Shown: positions 1 to 8,440 of the stretch, piece by piece | How the letters are laid out: each line of letters begins with the position of its first letter | Numbering within the stretch: the first letter of the stretch is position 1 | Assembly: GCA_963713825.1 (NCBI GenBank) | Contig: CAVQNG010000034.1 | Span: 32,001-96,000, forward strand | DNA length: 64,000 bases | From: an uncultured Acidobacteriota bacterium | Lineage (GTDB): Bacteria > Acidobacteriota > Thermoanaerobaculia > Multivoradales > JAHEKO01 | Direction: 5' to 3' | Notes under the pieces: generated by a model | Told to the model about the DNA's origin: nothing | The model's input: only the letters and a program-made list of their open reading frames with translations | The model's database searches: none | Translations under genes and position numbers: made by a program

Positions 1-1881
1 GCGCACCTCGAAGGAGCGACCTACCTGGTTGATCCGAATCTCGTGCGACCCGAGGCGCCGGCCGTCACCGGACAGGGCATCGGCTCTAACGACGTGGGGC
101 TTGGTCTCGGCGCCGAACTCCATGACGGTGCGGAATGGTGGCTTCGGGTCGGTTGCCACCTTCTCGTTGTCGAGAAAGAACTCGACCTGCGCGACCCTCG
201 GATCACTGCCGAGAGTGTCGATCCGGACCTTGCCTGTCACCGGCTGGCGCCTCGGCGGCAGCAGCCGGATCAGCTTGCCGGCCGTCGAGGAGCCGCTGGA
301 GCCGGTCTCCGATGAGCGGCGTGGAGCGTTCCATTCTGCGACCCGTCGGCCGCTACCTCCTCCCAGGGAGTGATTCGAAATGTCGAGCGTGGCCGCGCCC
401 CACAACCCCGTGTTGAGCTCCTCGACGACGACGACGCCTTGCGTCAAGTCCTCCGGCACCAAGATCGCTTGGCGGTACCGCCAGCGGTCCATCCCCGACA
501 GGCTGCCAGGCCGAATCTGCTCATAGCCGATCGACGGTGGGTCGTCGATGACGGTCAGCGCCATCGTGACCCTGAACTGGGGGCTCTCGACGTTCTGAAT
601 GCCTTGCAGGTCCAGGCCGATCTCGAGCAGTGCTCCCATCATGCCGGGACGAGAGGCGTCAGCGGTGTCAGGCCGGAGAATCGCCTCGATCGGAAGTGAG
701 TGAGTGTCGGCGTCAGGCTCGTCGAAGAGACGACCAGCCCGTGCTGCCGAGACCCAGAGCGGAGTTGCCGCGGAGATCCACTTGGGTGCCAGAACGCCTT
801 GGCCTGAATCCCCGGCCCTCACTTGGAGCGTCAGAGGCTGGCCTGTCGATTCGCCAGCGACCATGACTCGCAAGCGCTGGGCGTCGCCCAGCGCGCTCAG
901 AGCGGCAGCAAATTCGTCGCGGCTCGAAGCGACGAGGCCCCCAGTCGCGTCTGCCAGTACCCGGACCCCTGATCGGGAGGCGGGGAAGAGCTCGTCGGCC
1001 GACTGTCTGGGCTCGAGTCCGACGACGGTCCAACCAGTCACGGCCAGCAATTGGCCGACCTGAGGCAGGAGCCCTGCGTCCTCGTTGGTCTCGGTAGCCG
1101 ACGTGCCCCCGTAGAAGAGCTGCGGTGAATGATCGACGGCCTCTTGCGCCACGATCAGGCAGCGAGGCGTTCCCTGATTGCCGGACGCTAGCCATCCGGC
1201 GAGCTCGCCCAAGTGATCGGACAGGATATTGAGCTCACGATTGAGGGCTGCTCCTGGATCCAGCAGCTGTCGGCCTTGCTCGGGTTCCCGGAGGGCCGCC
1301 CGCTGATCTTCCAGCTCGCCGGCCGTTTCCACCAGGTCGTAGTAGAGCTCCAGGGTTTCTCTGATTGCCTCCGGATCGCGCGTCGACTCGAGGGCCGTCT
1401 CGGCGAAGGGCTCGGCGACGACGATTCGAACGGCCCCAATGCGGGTCAAATTCTCGGCCTGGGAACCCAACCACTCGAATGCTTGCTGCATCCCGCTGCG
1501 GGTGGAAAGAACGGGATCCAGATAGACCTCGAAGTGCCAAGAGGAGGCTCCGGACGTCGTACCCTTGTCAAGCCGGCGCAGATCGATCTTGTGCACGGGA
1601 CTTCCATCAACGAGAACTTCGAGGTCCTGGAGACTTGGTCTCTCCGCGCTTGCGCTCGGGGCGAGGAGGAGAACCTCACGCTCCACCGCGAGGCGATCAG
1701 CTCCCTCGCCCTGGAAGCCGATCTCCGGAGGCCTTTCTGAGGATGGGGTCAGGGGAGGAATGGAGCCCTGAACCGCGTTCGCCCCGAGCACTAGCGCCAG
1801 GACCAGAAACCCCTCAGCAAGGCTTGGAAGGCGGCCGGCGAGATTTTGGCCGGCCGCCCTGGGAGTGCAATTGCGTTTCAT
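1..1881 (-). CDS. Secreted VWA-related / Ig-like domain protein (3' end runs off the window)
   Basis: Absent from the ORF track. Manual reading gives a stop-free minus frame from ATG 1881 to base 1: MKRNCTPRAA...GFLVLALVLGANAVQG (signal-like), VRVLADATGG (typical VWA-related C-terminal motif), then VAQVEFFLDNEKVATDPKPPF (Ig-like/Big domain). Confidence 0.75.
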   Translation of the reverse strand, partial: MKRNCTPRAAGQNLAGRLPSLAEGFLVLALVLGANAVQGSIPPLTPSSERPPEIGFQGEGADRLAVEREVLLLAPSASAERPSLQDLEVLVDGSPVHKIDLRRLDKGTTSGASSWHFEVYLDPVLSTRSGMQQAFEWLGSQAENLTRIGAVRIVVAEPFAETALESTRDPEAIRETLELYYDLVETAGELEDQRAALREPEQGRQLLDPGAALNRELNILSDHLGELAGWLASGNQGTPRCLIVAQEAVDHSPQLFYGGTSATETNEDAGLLPQVGQLLAVTGWTVVGLEPRQSADELFPASRSGVRVLADATGGLVASSRDEFAAALSALGDAQRLRVMVAGESTGQPLTLQVRAGDSGQGVLAPKWISAATPLWVSAARAGRLFDEPDADTHSLPIEAILRPDTADASRPGMMGALLEIGLDLQGIQNVESPQFRVTMALTVIDDPPSIGYEQIRPGSLSGMDRWRYRQAILVPEDLTQGVVVVEELNTGLWGAATLDISNHSLGGGSGRRVAEWNAPRRSSETGSSGSSTAGKLIRLLPPRRQPVTGKVRIDTLGSDPRVAQVEFFLDNEKVATDPKPPFRTVMEFGAETKPHVVRADALSGDGRRLGSHEIRINQVGRSFEVR

Positions 1882-1903
1882 TCCGAGGCCCTTCGACAGG
1901 TGA

Positions 1904-2548
1904 CTAGAGAACGAATAGAAACAGCAGCACCAATAGACCGAGAATGACAAGAAGCCCCTTCGTCCTGCCCGTCATTGGGGATTGTCCACCCTTCTTGTCT
2001 GGTTTGGCCTGCCGCGAGACCTTGCTCCCGGACACCTTGGCGGGCGGCGACTTGGCTCGAGACTCAGTCTTCCTGGTGCTTGGCTGTTCCGGCGATGGAA
2101 CCGTGTCCGAGCGGTGGTCAGGCCTTTGCAGTAGTTGCGGTCGCTGGACGGGGCCTTTGGGCGCTGGCTCCGTCAACCCCTCGACTCCGAGGCTTTCGAG
2201 CGCCTCGAAAACTGCGGCCCTCAATCTGTCGCGATTGGTCTCGTCGAGATGCCCGAACTGGACACCCATTCCGGAGGGGACCTCGGGACCGAGCGAGTGG
2301 GCACGAATCCAGACGACCTCACCAACTCCACGGATGGGTTCTCCTTCGCCCAACTGTAGCTCGAAGCGCAGGAGCGTACCGACCGGTCTTGGGTTCCTTC
2401 CTTGGACGAACATGCCGCCGATCGACAGATTGGCTGTGAAGCCATCCTGGGGCTCTTCCAAGGTGTCGAATTGAAGGCGCACCGGAGCCGCCAGTGGGGC
2501 TCGGGAATTTTCCCGGAACTGGTGCTCAGAGGGGCCTGTGGGTGGCAC
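1904..2548 (-). CDS. PilZ domain protein (TIGR02266-like) with C-terminal membrane anchor
   Basis: RENSR (RxxxR), NLSIGG (D/NxSxxG), GEVVW..GMGVQF, low-complexity linker, hydrophobic C-terminal tail GLLVILGLLVLLFLFVL. Confidence 0.85.
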   Translation of the reverse strand: MPPTGPSEHQFRENSRAPLAAPVRLQFDTLEEPQDGFTANLSIGGMFVQGRNPRPVGTLLRFELQLGEGEPIRGVGEVVWIRAHSLGPEVPSGMGVQFGHLDETNRDRLRAAVFEALESLGVEGLTEPAPKGPVQRPQLLQRPDHRSDTVPSPEQPSTRKTESRAKSPPAKVSGSKVSRQAKPDKKGGQSPMTGRTKGLLVILGLLVLLFLFVL

Positions 2549-2590
2549 AGCCCAGGGATGCTAGCAGATCGATGACAGCTGGACATTCCG

Positions 2591-4504
2591 GTGATTTCGT
2601 CGGTTACTGGTAGAATCGAGCGCCCCTGCCTCTCTCGAGTGTCCTCAATGGAAGCGAATTCGCGCACTCCCTCGCTAGCTTTCTCGTCGCGTGCCGAGCG
2701 CGGGGCCGAGGAATCCCACCCAACGGCGGGCTTCTTCCATCGCCCTGTCCGACCGGTCAAGCCGAGGCAGAAGGGCTCTATCGAGGTACCTGACCGCTAC
2801 GTCATCCGAGAAGACGAGGCTGGCTCGTATCTGAGTTGCCTCGAGGCTCCGGAGTTGATGGTTCGAGTCGATCGCGATCTTTCCTTCACTGCGAGTGCCG
2901 CCCGCAAGGCGGATGAGGGGACCATATTTCTGGATGGCGTCGCGCAAGGCGAGCCCTTCATGGAACTCGAACGGCGTGTCTATAACCTGGATCATCACGA
3001 GGGTTGTGTCCGACACTTCACGCTGTCGACCTGTGAACAGGCCCTGGTGCTGGTGGCCCGTGGTCTGGATCTGAGGGAGAAGCCCTGGCAGGTGTACGCC
3101 AATGAGCCGGACCTGGATGTCGTACTGGCCGTCTGGGTATTGTGCAACGGCATGCATCTACAGGCCGAGGACTCGGCGATCCGCAATGCGGTGGTTCCCC
3201 TGGTGAGACTCGAAGGCCTGATCGACTCGCACGGCCTCGAGTTGTACGAGCTCTCCGGCTATCCGCGACAGATGGTGGACGAGATCACCGGCAGTCTCGA
3301 GTCGCTGCGGGAAACCGAGCTGAAGCTCAAGACGGATGGCAAGTGGGAGGGAGCCGACCTGCTCAGGTACCTCCGGGATCAGCTGCGCCTGCTAGACCAG
3401 ATGGTGTACCCGGCGGACTTCTTCGAGGCCTTTCGCGGTATCGAGGAGCTCGCGAAGACCGAGCTCACTGACAATAGGATCGCTGTGGTTTGCCGCTGCG
3501 ATTGCGGCATCTACGAGCTGGAGAAGGAGCTGAAGCGTTTGTATGGCAAGCGGCTCGGGATCGTTGGGCTGCAGAAGGGGCCTGGCGTCTACACGCTACG
3601 CCAGGTAGATCCGTTTCTGCCAGTCGATCTCAACGAGGCTTTTCGCAAGCTCAACGTGCTGGACCCTGCCGTCCAGCGCGGCGGCTCGAGCAATCGCTGG
3701 GGTGGCTCGGGGGAGATTGGCGGCTCGCCTCGCAAGACCGGCACCGCCATGAGTCCGGTCGACATCGCCGAGGCAGTGAAGCTGGCCTATCGCCGGCCCG
3801 GACTGTGGGACCGGTTGCGCTCGATTGGGCTCGCAGTGGGCCTCAGCGCGCTTCCCATGGTGGCAGGCTGGCTCGTCGTGATGTGGAATCAAGTGGTTGA
3901 TGAGCCGCTGGGCCTGTTCTCAGACCGCCTGCTGGAGTTCCTCGCGATGTCCAGCGCAGTCGCGATCTGTTGTCTCTTGTTGCTGGGGCGTCGGCGGAAG
4001 CGGCGGGTCTTCGGCCTGCAAGCTCCTGAGGGTAGGGGCTGGACTCTGATGGCTCCGGTCGTCGCTCTGGGCGGCCTGGCTGGAGGGGTCTGGGTCTTCT
4101 TGCAGTCCTGGTTGCAAGCCGGGACGCTGGGCTCTTTCGGGGTGCCACAGCTCCTGGCACTGGTGGGTTTCCCGCTGCTTGCAGAGGTCGTCTTTCGCGG
4201 CGTGGCGCACGGCGTCATGGTGCACGATTTCAGCGTGCAACACGCCCAGGGCCGCTGGTTCGTGTCGTGGCCTGTTGCAATATCCGCGCTGCTGTTTGTC
4301 ATTTGGAGCTTGATCCTCCGACCCCTGGTGATTACGGACCTCTGGTGGCCCGGTCTGTCGTCCTGGATTCTTCCCTTTGGAGCTGCCGTATCCGGCTTGG
4401 CGCTCGGGATGGCAAGAGAGCGTTCGGGCAGCCTGCTCGCTTCTCTTGGCCTGCACTACCTGGCAGTGGCAATCGGTCTGGTTATCGTCTCGATTCTCCG
4501 CTAG
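2591..4504 (+). CDS. Fusion of a DHH-like phosphoesterase domain and a CPBP (Abi/CAAX) family membrane domain; start uncertain (2591, 2648 or later)
   Basis: Soluble part has IFLDG, NLDHHEG, NEPDLD and WGGSGEIGGSP. The C-terminal ~230 aa are multi-TM with AEVVFRG and ERSGSL..LGLH. Confidence 0.7.
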   Translation: MISSVTGRIERPCLSRVSSMEANSRTPSLAFSSRAERGAEESHPTAGFFHRPVRPVKPRQKGSIEVPDRYVIREDEAGSYLSCLEAPELMVRVDRDLSFTASAARKADEGTIFLDGVAQGEPFMELERRVYNLDHHEGCVRHFTLSTCEQALVLVARGLDLREKPWQVYANEPDLDVVLAVWVLCNGMHLQAEDSAIRNAVVPLVRLEGLIDSHGLELYELSGYPRQMVDEITGSLESLRETELKLKTDGKWEGADLLRYLRDQLRLLDQMVYPADFFEAFRGIEELAKTELTDNRIAVVCRCDCGIYELEKELKRLYGKRLGIVGLQKGPGVYTLRQVDPFLPVDLNEAFRKLNVLDPAVQRGGSSNRWGGSGEIGGSPRKTGTAMSPVDIAEAVKLAYRRPGLWDRLRSIGLAVGLSALPMVAGWLVVMWNQVVDEPLGLFSDRLLEFLAMSSAVAICCLLLLGRRRKRRVFGLQAPEGRGWTLMAPVVALGGLAGGVWVFLQSWLQAGTLGSFGVPQLLALVGFPLLAEVVFRGVAHGVMVHDFSVQHAQGRWFVSWPVAISALLFVIWSLILRPLVITDLWWPGLSSWILPFGAAVSGLALGMARERSGSLLASLGLHYLAVAIGLVIVSILR

Positions 4505-4539
4505 AGTCTGCCTCTCGCGGTGGCTCTGGCGGCTCGAGA

Positions 4540-5151
4540 ATGAGCTCCCTACCCATGAAGTCCTATCGGATCAACGAGATTTTCTTCAGCCTGCAGGGTG
4601 AAGGTGCGCGCACGGGACAGCCGAGTCTGTTCTTGCGATTTTCGAAGTGTAACTTGACCTGTAAGGTCGAGACCCATGGTTTCGATTGCGACACGGAGTT
4701 CGAATCTGGCCGGGACCTGACCGTCGATGAGATCCTCGCCGAGCTGAAGGCTCTCACCGCAGAGTGCTCCTGGGTGGTGCTGACTGGCGGAGAGCCAGCT
4801 CTCCAGATCGACCGGGCGTTGATCGACGCGCTGCACGAGGCCGGCTACCAGCTGGCTATCGAGACCAATGGGACCGTCGAGCTGCCGCCGGGCCTGGATT
4901 GGGTCACGGTCAGCCCGAAGGTCGCCGAGCACGCGATTCGACAACGGGTTGCTGACGAGGTGAAATATGTTCGTACATACGGACAGGCCCTTCCCGAAAC
5001 CTCGGTCAAGGCTGAGAAGTTCTGGATTTCTCCAGCCTTCGAGGGTGATCGAGTCGATCCGCGGACACTCGAGTGGTGTGTGCAACTGGTCAAGGACAAT
5101 CCGCACTGGGGACTTTCCCCACAAATGCACAAGTTCTGGGGCCTTCGATAG
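4540..5151 (+). CDS. queE: 7-carboxy-7-deazaguanine synthase QueE (radical SAM); alternative start 4555
   Basis: EIFFSLQGEG, FLRF..CNL, CDT, VLTGGEP, IETNG, VTVSPK and QMHK are QueE signatures. Confidence 0.9.
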   Translation: MSSLPMKSYRINEIFFSLQGEGARTGQPSLFLRFSKCNLTCKVETHGFDCDTEFESGRDLTVDEILAELKALTAECSWVVLTGGEPALQIDRALIDALHEAGYQLAIETNGTVELPPGLDWVTVSPKVAEHAIRQRVADEVKYVRTYGQALPETSVKAEKFWISPAFEGDRVDPRTLEWCVQLVKDNPHWGLSPQMHKFWGLR

Positions 5152-5252
5152 CCAGAGGGGAATGTCTCCATGGCTCCTTTCTTTGGCTAGGTGAGAGTGC
5201 TACCTTTTTGGATAGCCCCGAGCTACCCGTGTGTTTCGGAGATCACTACCCC

Positions 5253-5271
5253 TAATGAGGTTCCTCTCGCA
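5253..5271 (+). promoter_or_regulatory. Possible Fur-box-like operator
   Basis: TAATGAGGTTCCTCTCGCA loosely resembles the AATGAgaatcatTCTCA-type Fur site and lies upstream of a leader ORF plus TonB-dependent receptor. Confidence 0.3.
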
Positions 5272-5324
5272 CCGGTGTTTTCGTAGAGTCTGTTTGGGAA
5301 TGTTGAGTAGGAGCCGCTGAACAC

Positions 5325-5936
5325 ATGTCTTTGATCGCATTGAGAGCACGTCTGTCGGGTCGGCCCCAGGGTGGCAGCCGGACGGACAGATCTGCGCCTT
5401 CGGCTCCGGACGCTCGTCCCCACCTGGTGTTGCGCCGTCTGCTTCCCGTGGCACCGTCGGTGATCGCGGCAGTCATACTGGTCGCCTATCACCTGGTGCT
5501 TCTCTGGCATCGATTGACCGACTTGAGTTTGCTGCAGCCGGCTGTCGCCGTGCGGTGGATCGTCACGGTCGGTCTCTTGATTGGCCTTCGGCGGATGCAG
5601 GTGGCAGGCCTTCCCTTGCTTTGGGGGCGAAGAGCGCTTGCCTTTTGGCTGCTTGTTTTGCTCCTCCATGTGAGCTTCCTTGGACCGCTCTCCACCGAGT
5701 CGTCAGCCTCGGGAGATTGGAGCACCAGTGTCGGTTTGGCACTGGTCCTGCCGGCAGCAACGCCGCTGGTGCTGTTGTCGACGTTTCTGCTGGCCTGCTG
5801 GCTCGCGGCAAGAGCCACAGTAGCGAACTCACGACCACTGCAGTTACTGGCCTTTACGATCGCCAGCGCCGAGCACCCCTCCAGGGGAGGGTGGCTCCCG
5901 TCTCACTCCTCGAGACCCCCTCCAGCTACCTGCTGA
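5325..5936 (+). CDS. Four-TM membrane leader protein with C-terminal RPPP motif (candidate translation-arrest regulator)
   Basis: AGGAG upstream of ATG; 4 hydrophobic segments; H56, H62 and H115 in or near TM helices; ends SHSSRPPPATC*; directly upstream of the TonB-dependent receptor. Confidence 0.7.
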   Translation: MSLIALRARLSGRPQGGSRTDRSAPSAPDARPHLVLRRLLPVAPSVIAAVILVAYHLVLLWHRLTDLSLLQPAVAVRWIVTVGLLIGLRRMQVAGLPLLWGRRALAFWLLVLLLHVSFLGPLSTESSASGDWSTSVGLALVLPAATPLVLLSTFLLACWLAARATVANSRPLQLLAFTIASAEHPSRGGWLPSHSSRPPPATC

Positions 5937-6068
5937 CATCGGTTTACAACGCCGCCGACCCCTCGAAACGGCACGCTCGCTGTGGCTGCCCGAGGGAACC
6001 TGCTCGCACGGGCTCGAGATCCGGGTTCGGGCAAACCGTAGAACGATCAGCAACACTCTTTTGGAAGG
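5918..6068 (+). promoter_or_regulatory. Predicted SD-sequestering mRNA structure between leader ORF and receptor
   Basis: 5931-5947 pairs with 6038-6052, and 5918-5925 (CCCTCCAG) pairs 7/8 with 6061-6068 (TTGGAAGG). Internal hairpin CCCTCG..GGCA / TGCC..CGAGGG at 5960-5996. Confidence 0.55.
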
Positions 6069-6079
6069 AATTTGGAACC

Positions 6080-8419
6080 ATGCTCAGAACGACACAAGCA
6101 GTAGTCTGGATCTGCCTGCTGGCGCTGGTAATCGTGCCGGTCTCGAGTTGGGCGGCTCCGTCGCCTCAGCAGGATGAGGACGCGACAGTCGACCAAGAAA
6201 CAGATGCCGAAACCCCCGAAGGCGAAGGGGATACAGAACCCGCCGACTCTTTCTTCGAGGCCACCACAGTCACGGCCACTGGGACGGAGGTCGACGTATT
6301 CAGCATTGCGACTCCAGTCTCGGTGATTCCCGAGGAAGAGATCGAGAGGAAGCTTCCCGAGAACGCCGTCGATCTCTTCAGGGCACAGCCAGGCGTAGAC
6401 GTCAACGGTGTAGGCCCCAATCAGGCCAGGCCCATTATTCGAGGCCAGCGGGGTCTCAGGGTCCTGTTCATGGAGAACGGGCTGCGTCTGAACAACGCCC
6501 GCCGACAGTCCGATTTCGGCGAAGTTTCGGGTCTCATCGATATGGGTAGCGTCGGCAGTGTCGAGGTCTTGAGAGGCCCTGCTTCCGTCCTCTACGGGAC
6601 CGACGCAATCGGTGGCGTCTTGAATCTGGTGACCAAGTCACCCGCCTATGGAGACGGCAGTTGGACGGCTGGCTCCCTGGGACTCGGGTACCAGGACGCC
6701 AGCGATGGTTTCAGGGCTCAAGGCTATGTTCAGGGCCGGCAGCAGAAGTGGGCCTTCAATCTGGGTGCCACGTACCGTGACTCCTCGGACTACCTGGCAG
6801 CCGGTGGCAGCTATGGCGATATCACGTTGCCGGACGACACCCCGGTCAACGACACCGGACTGCAGGACGACTCCGTCTACGGCTTCCTGTCTTACGACTT
6901 CACCGACAGTCAGCTGTTGTCGTTCCGGTTCAACCGCTACCGGGCTGGCGAGACCGGGTTCGGTTGGGTGGATCCGATTCTCCTGGGTGAGCTGGACAAG
7001 GTCCAGATTACTTATCCTTTCCAGGATTTCGACCGATATACGATGGAGTACAACGCCAGTGCCCTCCAGTCTGCCCTGGCGAACACGGTGAGAGTCAACC
7101 TGCTGTACCAGGAGAATTCGCGGGAGCTCGTCAACAATATCGACGCCTACGACGACGTCGTTTTCGGGCAACCGTTGCCGCCTGGAATGTTCTTCCATGT
7201 GGGCGTGAACACCGAGAACTTCACGGATCTGTCGACCCTGGGCTTGCGGGCCGAGGCGAGCAAGATCCTGGGTGACAATCACCTGCTCTCCTATGGCGGC
7301 GAGTACTACGACGATGACTCGTTCAACACCGACTACTCGTTCACCTACGGTGCTTTGGCGATGCAGATGGACCCGACCCTGCCGCCCGAGGACATCACCC
7401 CGCCCTTCTTCACGGATGAGGACGACATCGCCAACACTCCCAACGCGGAGAACATCGCCTGGGGCCTGTTCGCCCAGGATCAGTTCCTGATCGGCAGCCG
7501 GTTCTCGGGTACCGCCGGTATTCGGTATGCGAATACCGAGACCAAGGCAAAGGAGACCCCAGGCCTGGACACGACGGGCTTGGATTTTTCCGACGACGAC
7601 TTCGTCGGGGCGGTCAGCGGCGTCTATCAGGTAACGAGCAATCTCAATGTCGTCGGCACCGCCGGCACCGCTTTCCGGGCGCCCAATATCGTGGAGAGGC
7701 TCTTCAACGGTCTGACGCCAGAAGGCAGTGGTTATCAGATTCTCAATTCGGATCTGAAGTCCGAGAACAGCACCAACTTCGATCTGGGCATGAAGTACAG
7801 GCGCATGAACGCCGTCTTCGAGCTCATGATCTTCCGCAACGAGATCAAGGACGGCATCGTGCAGGAGTTCCTGAGCGACGAGGAGATTGCCCAGCTGCCG
7901 CCTGATGTGCAAGAGGAGATCGAGGATTCGGGCGCCAGTGTTGTCGTACAGCAGCAGAACGTCTCCAAGCTCCGATACGAGGGAGTCGAGACCGTCATCG
8001 GTTGGCGCGCCAATAATGGAGTCTCTATCGGAGCCAACTACACTTATCTCGATGCCGAGCGGGTCGACACGGGCACTCCGACTGGCGATACCTATAAGAA
8101 CAAATTCAACTTTCACACCCGCTACGATCGCCCCACTGGTAGGTACTGGGTCGAGTATCGCTTGCGTCACAACGGCAGTACCGATTCCGTCAACGATCCC
8201 GATGCGCCGATCCCGGCGGTTGGTTTGACGTTGCCGGCTTTTACCATACACACCCTGAGCGGCGGCGTGGTGCTGTTCGAAAGAGGCAGACAGCAGCACA
8301 CCCTGACCCTGGTGATCGACAACTTCAGCGACGAGCTCTACTCCGAGTTCTCGAACGCCACCTTCTTCCGCCCGCAGTCGAGGCGGAACTTTCTCGTCAA
8401 CTATCGTCTGCGGATCTGA
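6080..8419 (+). CDS. TonB-dependent receptor (heme/hemoglobin-like FRAP subfamily)
   Basis: GGAAGGA SD; signal peptide; TonB-box-like TTVTAT; plug motif VEVLRGPASVLYGTDAIGGVLN; AFRAPN..NSDLKSE; C-terminal beta-strand RNFLVNYRLRI. The ORF-track start at 5555 is over-extended. Confidence 0.93.
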   Translation: MLRTTQAVVWICLLALVIVPVSSWAAPSPQQDEDATVDQETDAETPEGEGDTEPADSFFEATTVTATGTEVDVFSIATPVSVIPEEEIERKLPENAVDLFRAQPGVDVNGVGPNQARPIIRGQRGLRVLFMENGLRLNNARRQSDFGEVSGLIDMGSVGSVEVLRGPASVLYGTDAIGGVLNLVTKSPAYGDGSWTAGSLGLGYQDASDGFRAQGYVQGRQQKWAFNLGATYRDSSDYLAAGGSYGDITLPDDTPVNDTGLQDDSVYGFLSYDFTDSQLLSFRFNRYRAGETGFGWVDPILLGELDKVQITYPFQDFDRYTMEYNASALQSALANTVRVNLLYQENSRELVNNIDAYDDVVFGQPLPPGMFFHVGVNTENFTDLSTLGLRAEASKILGDNHLLSYGGEYYDDDSFNTDYSFTYGALAMQMDPTLPPEDITPPFFTDEDDIANTPNAENIAWGLFAQDQFLIGSRFSGTAGIRYANTETKAKETPGLDTTGLDFSDDDFVGAVSGVYQVTSNLNVVGTAGTAFRAPNIVERLFNGLTPEGSGYQILNSDLKSENSTNFDLGMKYRRMNAVFELMIFRNEIKDGIVQEFLSDEEIAQLPPDVQEEIEDSGASVVVQQQNVSKLRYEGVETVIGWRANNGVSIGANYTYLDAERVDTGTPTGDTYKNKFNFHTRYDRPTGRYWVEYRLRHNGSTDSVNDPDAPIPAVGLTLPAFTIHTLSGGVVLFERGRQQHTLTLVIDNFSDELYSEFSNATFFRPQSRRNFLVNYRLRI

Positions 8420-8440
8420 CCCAGACCTGACTTCCCTCTC

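Noticed and set aside
4540-5151. QueE as part of a 7-deazaguanine DNA-modification (dpd) defence island
   Set aside because: No dpdA/tgt-like, queC, queD or folE neighbours and no island signatures.
5152-5324. Cobalamin or TPP riboswitch upstream of the receptor locus
   Set aside because: No B12-box or TPP core sequence recognisable by eye; an Rfam scan would settle it.
5555-6079. 175-aa N-terminal extension of the receptor in the ORF track
   Set aside because: It overlaps the leader ORF in another frame; the SD and signal peptide point to ATG 6080.
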